Program-made: the position numbers and the translations under genes | The notes under the pieces: model-generated | The model's input: only the letters and a program-made list of their open reading frames with translations | Databases searched by the model: none | What the model was told of the DNA's origin: nothing | From: an uncultured delta proteobacterium | Lineage (GTDB): Bacteria; Myxococcota; Kuafuiibacteriia; Kuafuiibacteriales; Kuafuiibacteriaceae | Length of the DNA: 64,000 nt | NCBI GenBank assembly: GCA_963803435.1 | Contig: CAWDML010000009.1 | Location: 704,001 to 768,000, forward strand | Reading direction: 5' to 3' | Part shown: piece by piece, positions 40,433-49,975 of the stretch | Position numbering within the stretch: position 1 is the first letter of the stretch | How the letters are laid out: every line of letters starts with the position of its first letter

Positions 40433-41392
40433 GTGGAGCGGGCGCTCGTCATTCGCATGTCGGCCCTGGGCGACGTCGTGCTCACCGAGCCGGTGGTCCG
40501 TGCGCTTCGCCGCGCGCATCCCGGGATCCGGGTCGACCTGGTGACCGACCAGCGCTACGCCGCCCTCATGGAGCGCGCCGGGTACGATCGCGTGATCCCC
40601 ATCGACAAGCGCCGGCCGCAGCCCATCGACGCGCGCTACGATCTGGTGGTCGACCTGCAAGGCAAGCTGCGAACCCGGGCGCTGGCCCGTCGCGTCGACG
40701 CCGCGCGAAAGCTGACCCTCCGCAAGCGCTCGGCGGCCCGCGCGGTCCTCTCGCTGCTCGGTCACGACCCGCCGATCCGCGATCGCCACAGCACCGAGCT
40801 CTACCTGGGCTTGCTCGAGCTCCCGGCGCCGCCGCTCGAGCGCGCACCTCGTCTCGAGCGCCGCGCCGCCCCCGAGTCCACCGTGATCGGCCTGGCGCCG
40901 GGCGCCACGCACGCCACCAAGCGCTGGCTCCCCGAGCGCTTCGCGGAGGTCGCCGACCGTCTGCAAGACAGCCTGCATGAGGCCCGATTCATCCCGATCG
41001 GCGGCCCCTCCGATCAGCCCCTCCTCTCCGAGATGATCGCCGCCTCCCGGAGCGCACGCTTCGAGCCCGACACCACCTCGCTCGACGTCACCGATCTCAC
41101 CGCGAGGCTCGAACGCCTCTCGCTCCTGATCTCCGTCGACACCGGCCCGGCCCACATCGCCGCGGCCCTGGGCGTCCCGGTGGTCGTGCTCTTCGGTCCC
41201 ACCTCGCCCGTCCGCTGGGGCCCGATCGGCGACCAGCACCGCGCCCTCTCGCTCGATCTCTCGTGCGCGCCCTGCAGCAACACGGGCGGCCCCGCATGTC
41301 CGCTCCCGGGGCGCCCGCACGCCTGCCTGCGAGACCTCGACGTGGACCGGGTGCACGCCGCCGCGCTCTCTGCGCTGGGGGCGCCCGCGTGA
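40433..41392 (+). CDS. GT9 LPS heptosyltransferase
   Basis: RMSALGDVV, APGA..TKRW, DTGPAHIAAALG..LFGPT. Confidence 0.9.
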   Translation: MERALVIRMSALGDVVLTEPVVRALRRAHPGIRVDLVTDQRYAALMERAGYDRVIPIDKRRPQPIDARYDLVVDLQGKLRTRALARRVDAARKLTLRKRSAARAVLSLLGHDPPIRDRHSTELYLGLLELPAPPLERAPRLERRAAPESTVIGLAPGATHATKRWLPERFAEVADRLQDSLHEARFIPIGGPSDQPLLSEMIAASRSARFEPDTTSLDVTDLTARLERLSLLISVDTGPAHIAAALGVPVVVLFGPTSPVRWGPIGDQHRALSLDLSCAPCSNTGGPACPLPGRPHACLRDLDVDRVHAAALSALGAPA

Positions 41393-42399
41393 ACCCGTTC
41401 GAGAAGCCGTCGCCGTGGATGCGTCCGATCCTCAACGTCGGCGAGACGCTCTACGGGGCCGCCGTCGCCCTGCGCCGGGCCGCGTATGGCGCCGGAATTC
41501 TGGTCGGAAAGCGCGCGCCCCGACCCGTCATCAGCGTGGGCAACCTGGCGGTCGGCGGCACCGGCAAGACCCCATTCGTGATCCTTCTCGCCGACCACCT
41601 CGCGCGGTTGAACGTCCGCGTGGCCGTCCTCTCGCGGGGCTACGGACGAAGGGACGAGACCGACCTGGTGGTCGTCTCCGAGGGCGACGGCCCGCGCGTG
41701 ACCGCCGAGCACGCCGGCGACGAGCCCATTCTGATCGCCGAGCGCACGCAGGCGATCGTCATCGTCTGCGCCGACCGGCTCCGTGCCGCCGAGATCGCGA
41801 CCCACGACTACGCCGCGCAGGTCCTCCTGCTCGACGACGGCTTCCAGCACTGGCGCCTCGCCCGCGATCTCGACGTGGTCCTGCTCGATCGCGCAGCCCC
41901 GCTCGCCAACGGACGCCTCCTCCCCCGCGGCCCGCTCCGCGAGCCCGCCCACTCGCTCGGGCGCGCTGATCTCCTGGTCCTGGTGGGGGAGGGCGCCGAA
42001 GCCCCGCGCGTCCTCCCGGATCGCCCGACCGTCGAGGTCGAGGTGGTCCCCACCGCCCTCCGGATCCGAGGAGAGGACCGCGCGCCGCAGACGATCGCGG
42101 GGACGCGAGTAGCGCTCTTGTCCGGCATCGCGCGGCCCGAGCGGTTCCGCCGCACCGTCGAGCAGCTGGGCGCCGTCGTGGTCCACGAGGAGCGCCGCCC
42201 CGATCACGCCGCCCTCGACGACCTCGACGCGTTTCGTCGCGCCGCCGCCGCCGCCGGGGCCGAGCTCTCGCTGATCACCGAGAAGGACGCCGCCCGGCTC
42301 GTCCGGCGCCCCGATGATCTGGCGGTGCTCGCGGTCGAGCACCGGATCGTCCGCGGTGACGAGCTCCTGGAGCGCGCGCTCCGCCAGGTGCTCGCGTGA
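41389..42399 (+). CDS. lpxK: Tetraacyldisaccharide 4'-kinase
   Basis: ISVGNLAVGGTGKTP, SRGYG, GDEP, LDDGFQH, LLPRGPLRE, TEKD. Confidence 0.93.
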   Translation: MNPFEKPSPWMRPILNVGETLYGAAVALRRAAYGAGILVGKRAPRPVISVGNLAVGGTGKTPFVILLADHLARLNVRVAVLSRGYGRRDETDLVVVSEGDGPRVTAEHAGDEPILIAERTQAIVIVCADRLRAAEIATHDYAAQVLLLDDGFQHWRLARDLDVVLLDRAAPLANGRLLPRGPLREPAHSLGRADLLVLVGEGAEAPRVLPDRPTVEVEVVPTALRIRGEDRAPQTIAGTRVALLSGIARPERFRRTVEQLGAVVVHEERRPDHAALDDLDAFRRAAAAAGAELSLITEKDAARLVRRPDDLAVLAVEHRIVRGDELLERALRQVLA

Positions 42400-43391
42400 A
42401 CGCGATCCTGACCGCGTTCTCGTTCCTCTTCGGCCTGCTCCCCGAACGCGCGATCGTCGTCATCTCGCGCGGCCTCGGCTGGCTCTGGTTCGCCGTGCTT
42501 CGCTACCGGCGCGCCGTCATGCTCGACAACCTCCGGCGCGCCTTCCCCTCCCTGGACGAGCGCGCCCGCCGCCGCCTCGGTCTCGCGGCCTGCCGCCACC
42601 TGGCCCTCACGCTCCTCGAGTTCATCCGCATCCCGCGCTACCAGGCGCAGGGACTCGAGTCTGTGGTCCGCTTCGACGGCCTCGAGCGGTTCGAGGAGGC
42701 CCGCGCCAAGGGGAAGGGCGTGCTCTGCCTCTCCGGCCACCTGGGCTCCTTCGAGCTCTGCGTCGCGGCCGTCGCCCGGCAGGCCCGACCCGTGAACCTG
42801 GTGGTCAAGCCGTTCCCCGGCGGCGTCGATCGCTTCGTCAACCGCCTGCGCAAGGCGGCCGACCTCGGCGTGATCTACGCCGACGGCGCGCTCCGTCCCG
42901 TCATCAAGGCGCTCAAGAACAACGAGTCGGTCGTTTTCGTCCTCGATCAGAACGCGACCCGCCGCATCGGCGTGTTCGTCGACTTCTTCGGCGAGCCCGC
43001 CTGCACCATGGCGGCGCTCGCCACGCTCGCGGTCCGCACGGGCGCCGCGGTCATCGCCGCCACGCCCTACCGCGACGCCGGCGGCCGCCATGTCCTCCAG
43101 GTGCACCCCGAGATCCCGCTCGAGCCCCGCGCGACCCGCGAGGAGACGATCGTCCACATGACCCAGGTCTACACGCGCTTCCTCGAGGACGCGATCCGCC
43201 GCCACCCCGAACAATGGTTCTGGACCCACAAGCGCTGGCGCACGCGACCGATCAGTACTCCAGCGTCTTCGGCGGAGGACGCTGGATCGCGAACACCTGA
43301 TCCTCCGCCACCCGCACGTCCTCTCGGAATCGCCGATACTCCGGATAGCTCCTCGGTCCCACCTCGATCGCCGTCCGGGTCTCAGTCCTGA
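42396..43391 (+). CDS. lpxL: Lipid A late acyltransferase (LpxL/HtrB family)
   Basis: GHLGSFE, LDQN, VDFFG, PEQWFWTHKRW; 3' end overlaps the convergent gene. Confidence 0.85.
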   Translation: MNAILTAFSFLFGLLPERAIVVISRGLGWLWFAVLRYRRAVMLDNLRRAFPSLDERARRRLGLAACRHLALTLLEFIRIPRYQAQGLESVVRFDGLERFEEARAKGKGVLCLSGHLGSFELCVAAVARQARPVNLVVKPFPGGVDRFVNRLRKAADLGVIYADGALRPVIKALKNNESVVFVLDQNATRRIGVFVDFFGEPACTMAALATLAVRTGAAVIAATPYRDAGGRHVLQVHPEIPLEPRATREETIVHMTQVYTRFLEDAIRRHPEQWFWTHKRWRTRPISTPASSAEDAGSRTPDPPPPARPLGIADTPDSSSVPPRSPSGSQS

Positions 43392-45192
43392 GGAACGCGA
43401 ACCGGCGCCGGGTCTCCGAGCGCATCGAGATGTCGATCTGACCCCCCGACCACGCCTGTGATACCTGCGGCAGGGCCTCGCCGATCGTCCAGTCCTCCGG
43501 CAACGTCACCCGCACGACCACGTGGACCTGGCGCGGAACACCGAGCACCAGCGGCGAGCGGCGAACCTCCCGCAGCGTCTCCTCGGGCCGGCCCACCAGC
43601 CGTCCGACCCGCACGAAGACCTCCGTCTCCTCGCCGGTCACCAGGGCCTTTTCGTTGACGTTCCCCTTGATCGTGAGCGGTCGTCGCAGCTCGTTGAGGT
43701 CGGCGATGCTGACGCTCTCGACCGGCAGGCCGCCCCCGCGCATCCGCAGGAACGACGAGACCACCTGCGCATAGTCCTCCGGCTCGGCCGCCGAGAGCTG
43801 GCCGCGCAGCTCGCCGGCCTCGGCCCCCGTCATCACGGCCTCCAGCGAGCCGAACAGGTCGCCGCGCTTGTCGAGCTCGAGCGTGTACGTGATCTCGCTC
43901 GTCGAGCTGTCGGGCTTGGAGGGAGGTACCTTCACCACCTCAGCGATGTCGTCGCGGAGCACGACCATCCGCGTCCCCTGCAGGCCGGGCGACGGCACGC
44001 TCTCGCTCACCGTCAGCTGCGACGGATCCAGCACCATCAACCCCTCCGGCCGCGGCACCACCGCGACCACACCGGTCAGGCTGACGACGGTCGCCGCGTC
44101 CGGCGAGATGACGTCGTCCTCCCGCGTCGCCACCAGCGCGGGAAACGCCTGGATGCCCGCGGCCCGGAGGAGCGCCGTCAGCAGCAGTCCACGGCTGCTC
44201 CGGTTGCCCACCTTGCTCCTCAGCACCTCCTCCGGCGGAGGCAGGTTCGCGCGCCACATGGGGACCCGCTGGGCCTCCCATCCTAGATCCTTTGCGATGA
44301 CCTCCTGGAGCTTGAGCGCCTTCTCCTCGACGGAGACCTCCCCGGCCACCCGCTTCGCCTCCGCGACCATGGACGCAGGCAGGCTCGCCCACTCGGGCAC
44401 CCGGGCGACGAACCACTTCTCCACGTCGTCCCAGGAGCGAAAGCCGGTGATCGTCTGATTCGCCAGCTGCGCCGACAGGAAGATCACGTGCGCCCGCGGC
44501 GCCAGCAGGTCGCGCGACGGCATCCCTGGCTCGTCGAAGCGGGCCGGCACGTCGGACACCGACCAGAAGAACCTGGTCCCTTCGGGCGTATCGAAGCGCT
44601 CCGGCGCCCGATCCACGAACTCGCCGTCCTCGGTGTAGCGGACGTCGACCTCGAAGCCCGGCGGCGCCACCACCGCATATTCGGAGCGCACGGTCGGGAG
44701 CTCCGACTCGAACACCCACGGCTCCACGAACCGCAGATCCGGCACGTACAGGTCGTAGGTGTACTCCACGATCGACCCGGGCGGGACCGCGGGAAGGTCG
44801 AGCCTCTTGAGCCGGCGCCCGCGCGCCTCGTCGAGCTCGTCCGTGGTCTCGCCGACGTCGGCGTCGACCGTGTCGCCGTTCGGTCCCACCGCCCGGACGA
44901 TCAAGCCGTACACGACCTCGCCGGGGTTATAGGGCACGACGATGTGTCCGAGCGTGGCGCCCGACGCTCGCAGCACCTTCACGCGCCGGTAGCGGCGCAG
45001 CCGTCCGATCGGAAACGCCCGCGCCGGATCGACGGTGAGGAACAGCGTCCCCCGATCCAGCAGCACCACGCCGCCGACGTCCGGATATTCCTCCGGCGAC
45101 GGCGAGACGCGGGCCTCGAAGCGCTCGAACTCCGGCTGCGGGAGCGACGCGCCGCACCCGGCCGCGAACAGGATCGCGAGCACGCCGACCAC
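43252..45192 (-). CDS. DUF3857/transglutaminase-like lipoprotein (start uncertain)
   Basis: AAGC lipobox; LPAVPPGSIVEYTY, W.F..ELPTVRSEY, LLTALLRAAGI. Confidence 0.75.
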   Translation of the reverse strand: MVGVLAILFAAGCGASLPQPEFERFEARVSPSPEEYPDVGGVVLLDRGTLFLTVDPARAFPIGRLRRYRRVKVLRASGATLGHIVVPYNPGEVVYGLIVRAVGPNGDTVDADVGETTDELDEARGRRLKRLDLPAVPPGSIVEYTYDLYVPDLRFVEPWVFESELPTVRSEYAVVAPPGFEVDVRYTEDGEFVDRAPERFDTPEGTRFFWSVSDVPARFDEPGMPSRDLLAPRAHVIFLSAQLANQTITGFRSWDDVEKWFVARVPEWASLPASMVAEAKRVAGEVSVEEKALKLQEVIAKDLGWEAQRVPMWRANLPPPEEVLRSKVGNRSSRGLLLTALLRAAGIQAFPALVATREDDVISPDAATVVSLTGVVAVVPRPEGLMVLDPSQLTVSESVPSPGLQGTRMVVLRDDIAEVVKVPPSKPDSSTSEITYTLELDKRGDLFGSLEAVMTGAEAGELRGQLSAAEPEDYAQVVSSFLRMRGGGLPVESVSIADLNELRRPLTIKGNVNEKALVTGEETEVFVRVGRLVGRPEETLREVRRSPLVLGVPRQVHVVVRVTLPEDWTIGEALPQVSQAWSGGQIDISMRSETRRRFAFLRTETRTAIEVGPRSYPEYRRFREDVRVAEDQVFAIQRPPPKTLEY

Positions 45193-45313
45193 GGTCCGGT
45201 GGTGCCCGTTGCGGCTGAGAGCCGCTCCAAAAACCGCTCCGCGCTCGCCGTTTCGGTCGTTCTGTTCCCGGATCGAACAGCGAATGACAGCACGACGAAA
45301 CAGCAAACGCGGA

Positions 45314-45850
45314 CTAGTCATGGATCTTCCAACGCACGAGATCGGCGGGTGTGTCCAGATCGGCCAGCACCGATCGGTCCCACGCCACCCGATCCGCGTC
45401 CTCGAGGAGCGCGCGGAGCCCTCCGCTCGGACGTGCACGGATCGCCGGCCAGAGCGCCCGCGGTACCAGGACCGGGTGCCCGGGTGTCTCCTCGAACGCC
45501 AGCACGCGCGGCCGGTCCGTGGCCGCGATCAGGGCCTGGATCCCCTCGATGCTCGTGAACGGCGCGTCGACCGGCTGGACCACGACGGCCTCGATCCCCG
45601 CAGGCAAGCCTTCGATCCCGCGCGCGAGCGAGTCGATCATCTCCCCGTCCGGATCGCCGTCGACGAGCCGGGCCCCGACCGCGAGGTCCGCGAGCGCCGC
45701 CGGTCCCACCACCAGGATCGGATCGAGCCCGGCCGCGCCGAAGATCCGGACCAGCCGGACCAGCGCCGCTTCGCCGTCGATCGAGATCCGCGCCTTGCTC
45801 CGCCCCATCCGGGAGGCGTGTCCCGCCGCCAGCAGGATCCCTGCGATCAC
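45314..45850 (-). CDS. Molybdenum cofactor cytidylyltransferase-like NTP transferase (MocA/YgfJ)
   Basis: ILLAAGHASRMG, GHPVL, DLDTPAD; coupled to xdhC. Confidence 0.85.
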   Translation of the reverse strand: MIAGILLAAGHASRMGRSKARISIDGEAALVRLVRIFGAAGLDPILVVGPAALADLAVGARLVDGDPDGEMIDSLARGIEGLPAGIEAVVVQPVDAPFTSIEGIQALIAATDRPRVLAFEETPGHPVLVPRALWPAIRARPSGGLRALLEDADRVAWDRSVLADLDTPADLVRWKIHD

Positions 45851-46647
45851 GCGCTCCTCTTGTCCTCGAGCCGCGCCTCCTCCGAGAGCGCGATCCCGCG
45901 CCGCCGCGCGATCAGCTCGCCCAGGATCGACACCGCGATCTCCTCTGGTGTCTCCGCGCCGATCGCGACACCCACCGGAGAGCGCACGCGGGCGATGAGC
46001 GCCTCGTCGAAACCCTTGGCGCGCAGGCGCTCCCGCGTCAGATGCGCCTTGCGGCGGCTCCCGATCATCCCGAGCCAGCGGAAGGGCCGCTTCAGCGCCT
46101 TCTCTACCAACCGCTGGTCGAGCGCGTGATCGTGGGTCGTCACCATGACGAACACCTCGTCCGACCAGGGCAGGCCGGGATCGTCGAGGTCCGGGTGGAT
46201 CGCTCGCGCCTCCGGGAGGCGCGCCTCGCTCAGGAGCTCCTCGCGCTCGTCCGCGACGTGGACCACGAACCCGGCCTGCGCCGCCATCCGCGTCAGCGCG
46301 GTCCCTACGTGACCTGCGCCGAACACGATCAACCGAGGCGCCGCAATCACCGGCTCGATGAAGAGGGCGATCGATCCGCCGCAGCACATCCCGAGCTCCT
46401 GTGTCAGCTTGTGCTCGATGAAGCGCGGGCGCTGGTCCTCGATCGCCCCCAGCGCTTCCTCGATCGCCGTCTGCTCGATCCGGCCGCCACCGATCGTCCC
46501 TTCGATCGATCCGTCGGGATGCACCAGCATGCGCGCGCCCGGCTCGCGCGGCGTGGATCCGGTGGCGCGCACCACAGTGACGACGGCAGCGCGCGCGCCG
46601 CCGGCCTCGATCTCGGCCACCCGCCGGAAGATCGATCCCCGATCCAT
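45847..46647 (-). CDS. xdhC: XdhC/CoxI xanthine dehydrogenase accessory protein
   Basis: GSTPREPGARM, GTIGGG, GMCCGG, FGAGHVG, THDH, GMIGSRRK, TPEEIAVSI. Confidence 0.92.
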   Translation of the reverse strand: MDRGSIFRRVAEIEAGGARAAVVTVVRATGSTPREPGARMLVHPDGSIEGTIGGGRIEQTAIEEALGAIEDQRPRFIEHKLTQELGMCCGGSIALFIEPVIAAPRLIVFGAGHVGTALTRMAAQAGFVVHVADEREELLSEARLPEARAIHPDLDDPGLPWSDEVFVMVTTHDHALDQRLVEKALKRPFRWLGMIGSRRKAHLTRERLRAKGFDEALIARVRSPVGVAIGAETPEEIAVSILGELIARRRGIALSEEARLEDKRSA

Positions 46648-46694
46648 GTCTCTAGCCTGCCTCCACCCAGGAGCCGCCGGTCAAGCGTTGCCGG

Positions 46695-47240
46695 CTATTT
46701 CTGCCCGCGCGCCTGCTCCTGAACCTCGACGAGCTTCTGCTTGAACATGTCGTTGTCGCGCTCGAACAGCAGCGCGGTCTGAAGATCTCGCGCGGCGGCC
46801 TTGAAGTCCCCCCGGCTGATGTTCTCCTGCGCCTTCTTCCACAGGTTGCGCCCCTGCGCCGTCTTTCCCTGCTCCTGCTGCTTCTCGATCCGCGCCTCGT
46901 GCTCCATCTCCTCGTTGTAGCGAAGCTTCTTGGGGCGCTCCGGGCTCATGATGTCCCGCGTGTACTTGGAGCGCTTCTGGGCGTCGCGCAGGATCACGTA
47001 CGCCTCGGCCACGCGCTTCGCGATCTTGTTGACGGCCTCTTTGAGCTCCGCGTCTGGCGAGCTGTAGAACGAGTCCGGGTGATAGTTCCGCTGCAGCTGG
47101 TGGTACTTCGCCTTCAGCTCGTCCAGCGGCGCCTCGACGGACGAGCCGAGCACCTGGAAGTAGTCGAGCTGATCGAGGTTCTGTGCGATGAGCTTCGTCT
47201 CCGCCGCCCAGTGCGGGTGGACGTTTGGATCATCGGCCAC
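46695..47240 (-). CDS. J-domain protein with C-terminal TPR-like helices
   Basis: DYFQVLG..YHPD..EAY.IL.D..R..Y. Confidence 0.88.
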   Translation of the reverse strand: MADDPNVHPHWAAETKLIAQNLDQLDYFQVLGSSVEAPLDELKAKYHQLQRNYHPDSFYSSPDAELKEAVNKIAKRVAEAYVILRDAQKRSKYTRDIMSPERPKKLRYNEEMEHEARIEKQQEQGKTAQGRNLWKKAQENISRGDFKAAARDLQTALLFERDNDMFKQKLVEVQEQARGQK

Positions 47241-47259
47241 GGCTCAGCCTCCAAAATGC

Positions 47260-48834
47260 TCAGCGGTTGCTGACGACCATCTCCTGGTTCCGCTCCATCG
47301 CCTCGTTGACGTCGTCCTCGGTGAGGCCGGAGCTGAGGCTGATGATCGTGCTCGCCTGCGCGCCGGTCTCCACGTCGCGCGCCGAGACGTTGACGATCCC
47401 GTCCGTATCGATCTCGAACGTCACCTCGATCGTGACCTCGCCCCGGGACGCCACGCGAAAGCCGGCGAACTCGAACTCACCCAGCAGCACGTTGTCCTGC
47501 GCCAGGTTGGACTCGCCCTGGTAGATCTTGATCTTCACCCGCTCCTGGTTGTCGGCGGCCGTGGTGAAGCAGCGCGTCCGATCGATCGGGATCGGCGTGT
47601 TCTTCTCGATGATCTTCTCGGTGTACCCGCCGACCGTGGCCAGGCGCAGCGTGAGCGGCGTGACGTCCAGGAGGTACGTCGACTGCTGCGAGTCGAGCAA
47701 CGCGTGCGCCTGGATCGCCGCGCCCATCGCCACCACCTCGTCGGGATCGACGTCGGTCAGCGGCTGCTTCTGGAAGTAGTGACGGACCGAGCTCCGGATG
47801 ATCGGCAGGCGCGTCGGCCCGCCCACCAGGATCACGCAGTCGATGTCCGACGCGGTGATCCGCGCGGACTGGAGCGCCTCGTCGCAGACCTTGAAGGTGC
47901 GCTGAACCAGATCCATCACCATCTGGTTGAACTCGGCGCGCGAGAGCGTCGTCGAGAAGTCGAGCGAGTATCCGTTCTCATCCGTGTAGATGAGCGGAAT
48001 GTGGATCTGCACCACCTCGTGCTCCGAAAGCCCGATCTTCGCCTTCTCAGCGGCCTCCTTGAGCTTCTGCAGCGCATATTTGTCTTGTCGCAGGTCGACG
48101 CCCTGCTGCTGCTGAAAGGAGTCGGCGAGCCAGTGCATGATGCGATCGTCGAAGTCGTCGCCCCCCAGGTAGGTGTCGCCGGCCGTCGAGATCACCTCGA
48201 AGACGTCGTCGCCGATGTCGAGGATCGAGATGTCGAAGGTGCCGCCGCCCAGGTCGTAGAGCGCCACGCGCTGGTGGTAGCCCTGACCGAAGCCGTACGT
48301 GAGCGCGGCCGCAGTCGGCTCGTTGATGATCCGCAGGACCTCGAGCCCGGCGATCTTCCCCGCGTCCTTGGTGGCTTGACGCTGGTTGTCATTGAAGTAC
48401 GCCGGCACCGTGATCACGGCCTTGTTGACGGTCTCACCCGTGTGGTTCTCGACGATCTGCCTCATCTCCTTCAACACGATCGCCGCCACCTCGGGCGGCG
48501 AGTACAGCGTGTCTCGGATGCGAATGCGCACGGAGTTGTTCGGCCCCTCGACGAGGTTGTACGGGACCACGCTCCGCGCTTTCCGCACCTCCTCGGAGAA
48601 GAAGAAGCGTCCGATCAAGCGCTTGGCCGAATAGACGGTATTCTCCGGGTTGGTGATGATCTGCTTCTTGGCGTCGTTCCCGACGAGGACGCGGCCATCG
48701 TCCATGAAAGAGACGACCGACGCATGCGTCCGCTCACCCCACTCGTTTGGAATGACGGTCGGAACGCCCTCCTCGATGATCGCCACGCAGCTGTAGCTGG
48801 TGCCGAGGTCGATGCCCATGGCGAGCTCGGTCAA
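47260..48834 (-). CDS. Hsp70/DnaK paralog, 524 aa, lacking most of the helical lid
   Basis: [42 protein letters not shown]; ends shortly after SSGLTEDD. Confidence 0.92.
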   Translation of the reverse strand: MTELAMGIDLGTSYSCVAIIEEGVPTVIPNEWGERTHASVVSFMDDGRVLVGNDAKKQIITNPENTVYSAKRLIGRFFFSEEVRKARSVVPYNLVEGPNNSVRIRIRDTLYSPPEVAAIVLKEMRQIVENHTGETVNKAVITVPAYFNDNQRQATKDAGKIAGLEVLRIINEPTAAALTYGFGQGYHQRVALYDLGGGTFDISILDIGDDVFEVISTAGDTYLGGDDFDDRIMHWLADSFQQQQGVDLRQDKYALQKLKEAAEKAKIGLSEHEVVQIHIPLIYTDENGYSLDFSTTLSRAEFNQMVMDLVQRTFKVCDEALQSARITASDIDCVILVGGPTRLPIIRSSVRHYFQKQPLTDVDPDEVVAMGAAIQAHALLDSQQSTYLLDVTPLTLRLATVGGYTEKIIEKNTPIPIDRTRCFTTAADNQERVKIKIYQGESNLAQDNVLLGEFEFAGFRVASRGEVTIEVTFEIDTDGIVNVSARDVETGAQASTIISLSSGLTEDDVNEAMERNQEMVVSNR

Positions 48835-49097
48835 TGATCAGCCCCTCTCCCCACGCATTAAGCGGTGGACCGGGCTATAGCACAAGCCCGGCGCAAAAAA
48901 TCCAGGCCCGCGAGACCATGTGGTTTGCTCGGCTCTGATGCCGCACTCGACCGGGACCTTGCGCCCGCCCGATCGCCGCCCGTAGACTGAGATTGTCCAC
49001 GCGCTCCTTGCAGCTATTGAACCACCGGAGGCGCAGGGCTGCGCTCACGTTGGAACGAATGGTCTCGTCCCGCGCGTTCTCCGACTGAGGGATTGGA

Positions 49098-49919
49098 ATG
49101 GTCTACTTGTTGGCCGCGATTGCGAACGACGCCGAATACACGCCGGCGCTCCTCCATGCGCTCGGTGCGGAGCTGGCCGTCCCCGAGTCGATCCCGGATC
49201 AGGATGAGATCTGGGGGATCGGCTACTACGCCGACAACCGGGCCCTCATCATCCGGAAGCCGGCCGACATCCTGCCGAGGCGGAGCTTCTACGAGCTGTC
49301 GCCCAACCTGACGAGCCGCGTGGTCCTGGCCACCATCGAGCGGGACCCGCCGGGCCTCGAGCGCAGCCCGCCGTACCGCTTCCGCCGGTGGCTCTTCGCC
49401 TCGACTGGGAACCTGTCCCCGCTGGGCGATCTGACCGAGCGCATCCAGGACAAGCTCCCCGACTTCGTCCGCACCGACGCCGCCGGCAAGGGTGGGCCCG
49501 GCTTGGCCTTCGCGATGTTCCTGGCCGAGCTCCACCGCGGCGGGCTCCTCGACGATCCCATGGCCGCCCCCCAGGCGCTGGCCGAGGCGCTGGGCCGAAC
49601 GTCGCAGACGATCGCCCGGCTCTCCACCGAAGCGAACCAGGATCCGGTGGCGGCCTCCTACGTGGCCACGAACGGCAAGCACCTGCTCCTGGCCGGCGGC
49701 GGCGTCCGGATCTACTGGAAGGAGCAGCGCGGGCTCGAATCGCTCCCGGAAGGCCCGCCCGATCCCGCGCTCACCGACTTCAAGCAGATCGCCGAGGCGC
49801 TCAAGCGGTTCCGCGCGATCGTGGTGGCGCGGGACGTCGGGACCAGCGCGGGCTGGAACCCGATCGAGAGCGGCGACCTCTACCACGTCTCCCCGACTCT
49901 GCAGGTGACCAAGGTCTGA
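49098..49919 (+). CDS. Class II glutamine amidotransferase-like (YafJ/EgtC-like) protein lacking the N-terminal Cys
   Basis: WGIGYY, PYRFRRWLFA..G motifs; starts MVYLL rather than MCRLL. Confidence 0.65.
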   Translation: MVYLLAAIANDAEYTPALLHALGAELAVPESIPDQDEIWGIGYYADNRALIIRKPADILPRRSFYELSPNLTSRVVLATIERDPPGLERSPPYRFRRWLFASTGNLSPLGDLTERIQDKLPDFVRTDAAGKGGPGLAFAMFLAELHRGGLLDDPMAAPQALAEALGRTSQTIARLSTEANQDPVAASYVATNGKHLLLAGGGVRIYWKEQRGLESLPEGPPDPALTDFKQIAEALKRFRAIVVARDVGTSAGWNPIESGDLYHVSPTLQVTKV

Positions 49920-49975
49920 ACGCGCACCTTGCTTCCTTTGCCCCGAGACTCTACGTTTTCCCTCGCGGCTGAGGC

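Noticed and set aside
43252-43391. 140-bp convergent overlap of lpxL and the DUF3857 gene as a functional feature
   Set aside because: The lpxL tail after HKRW is low-complexity read-through into the opposite gene; common in GC-rich genomes.
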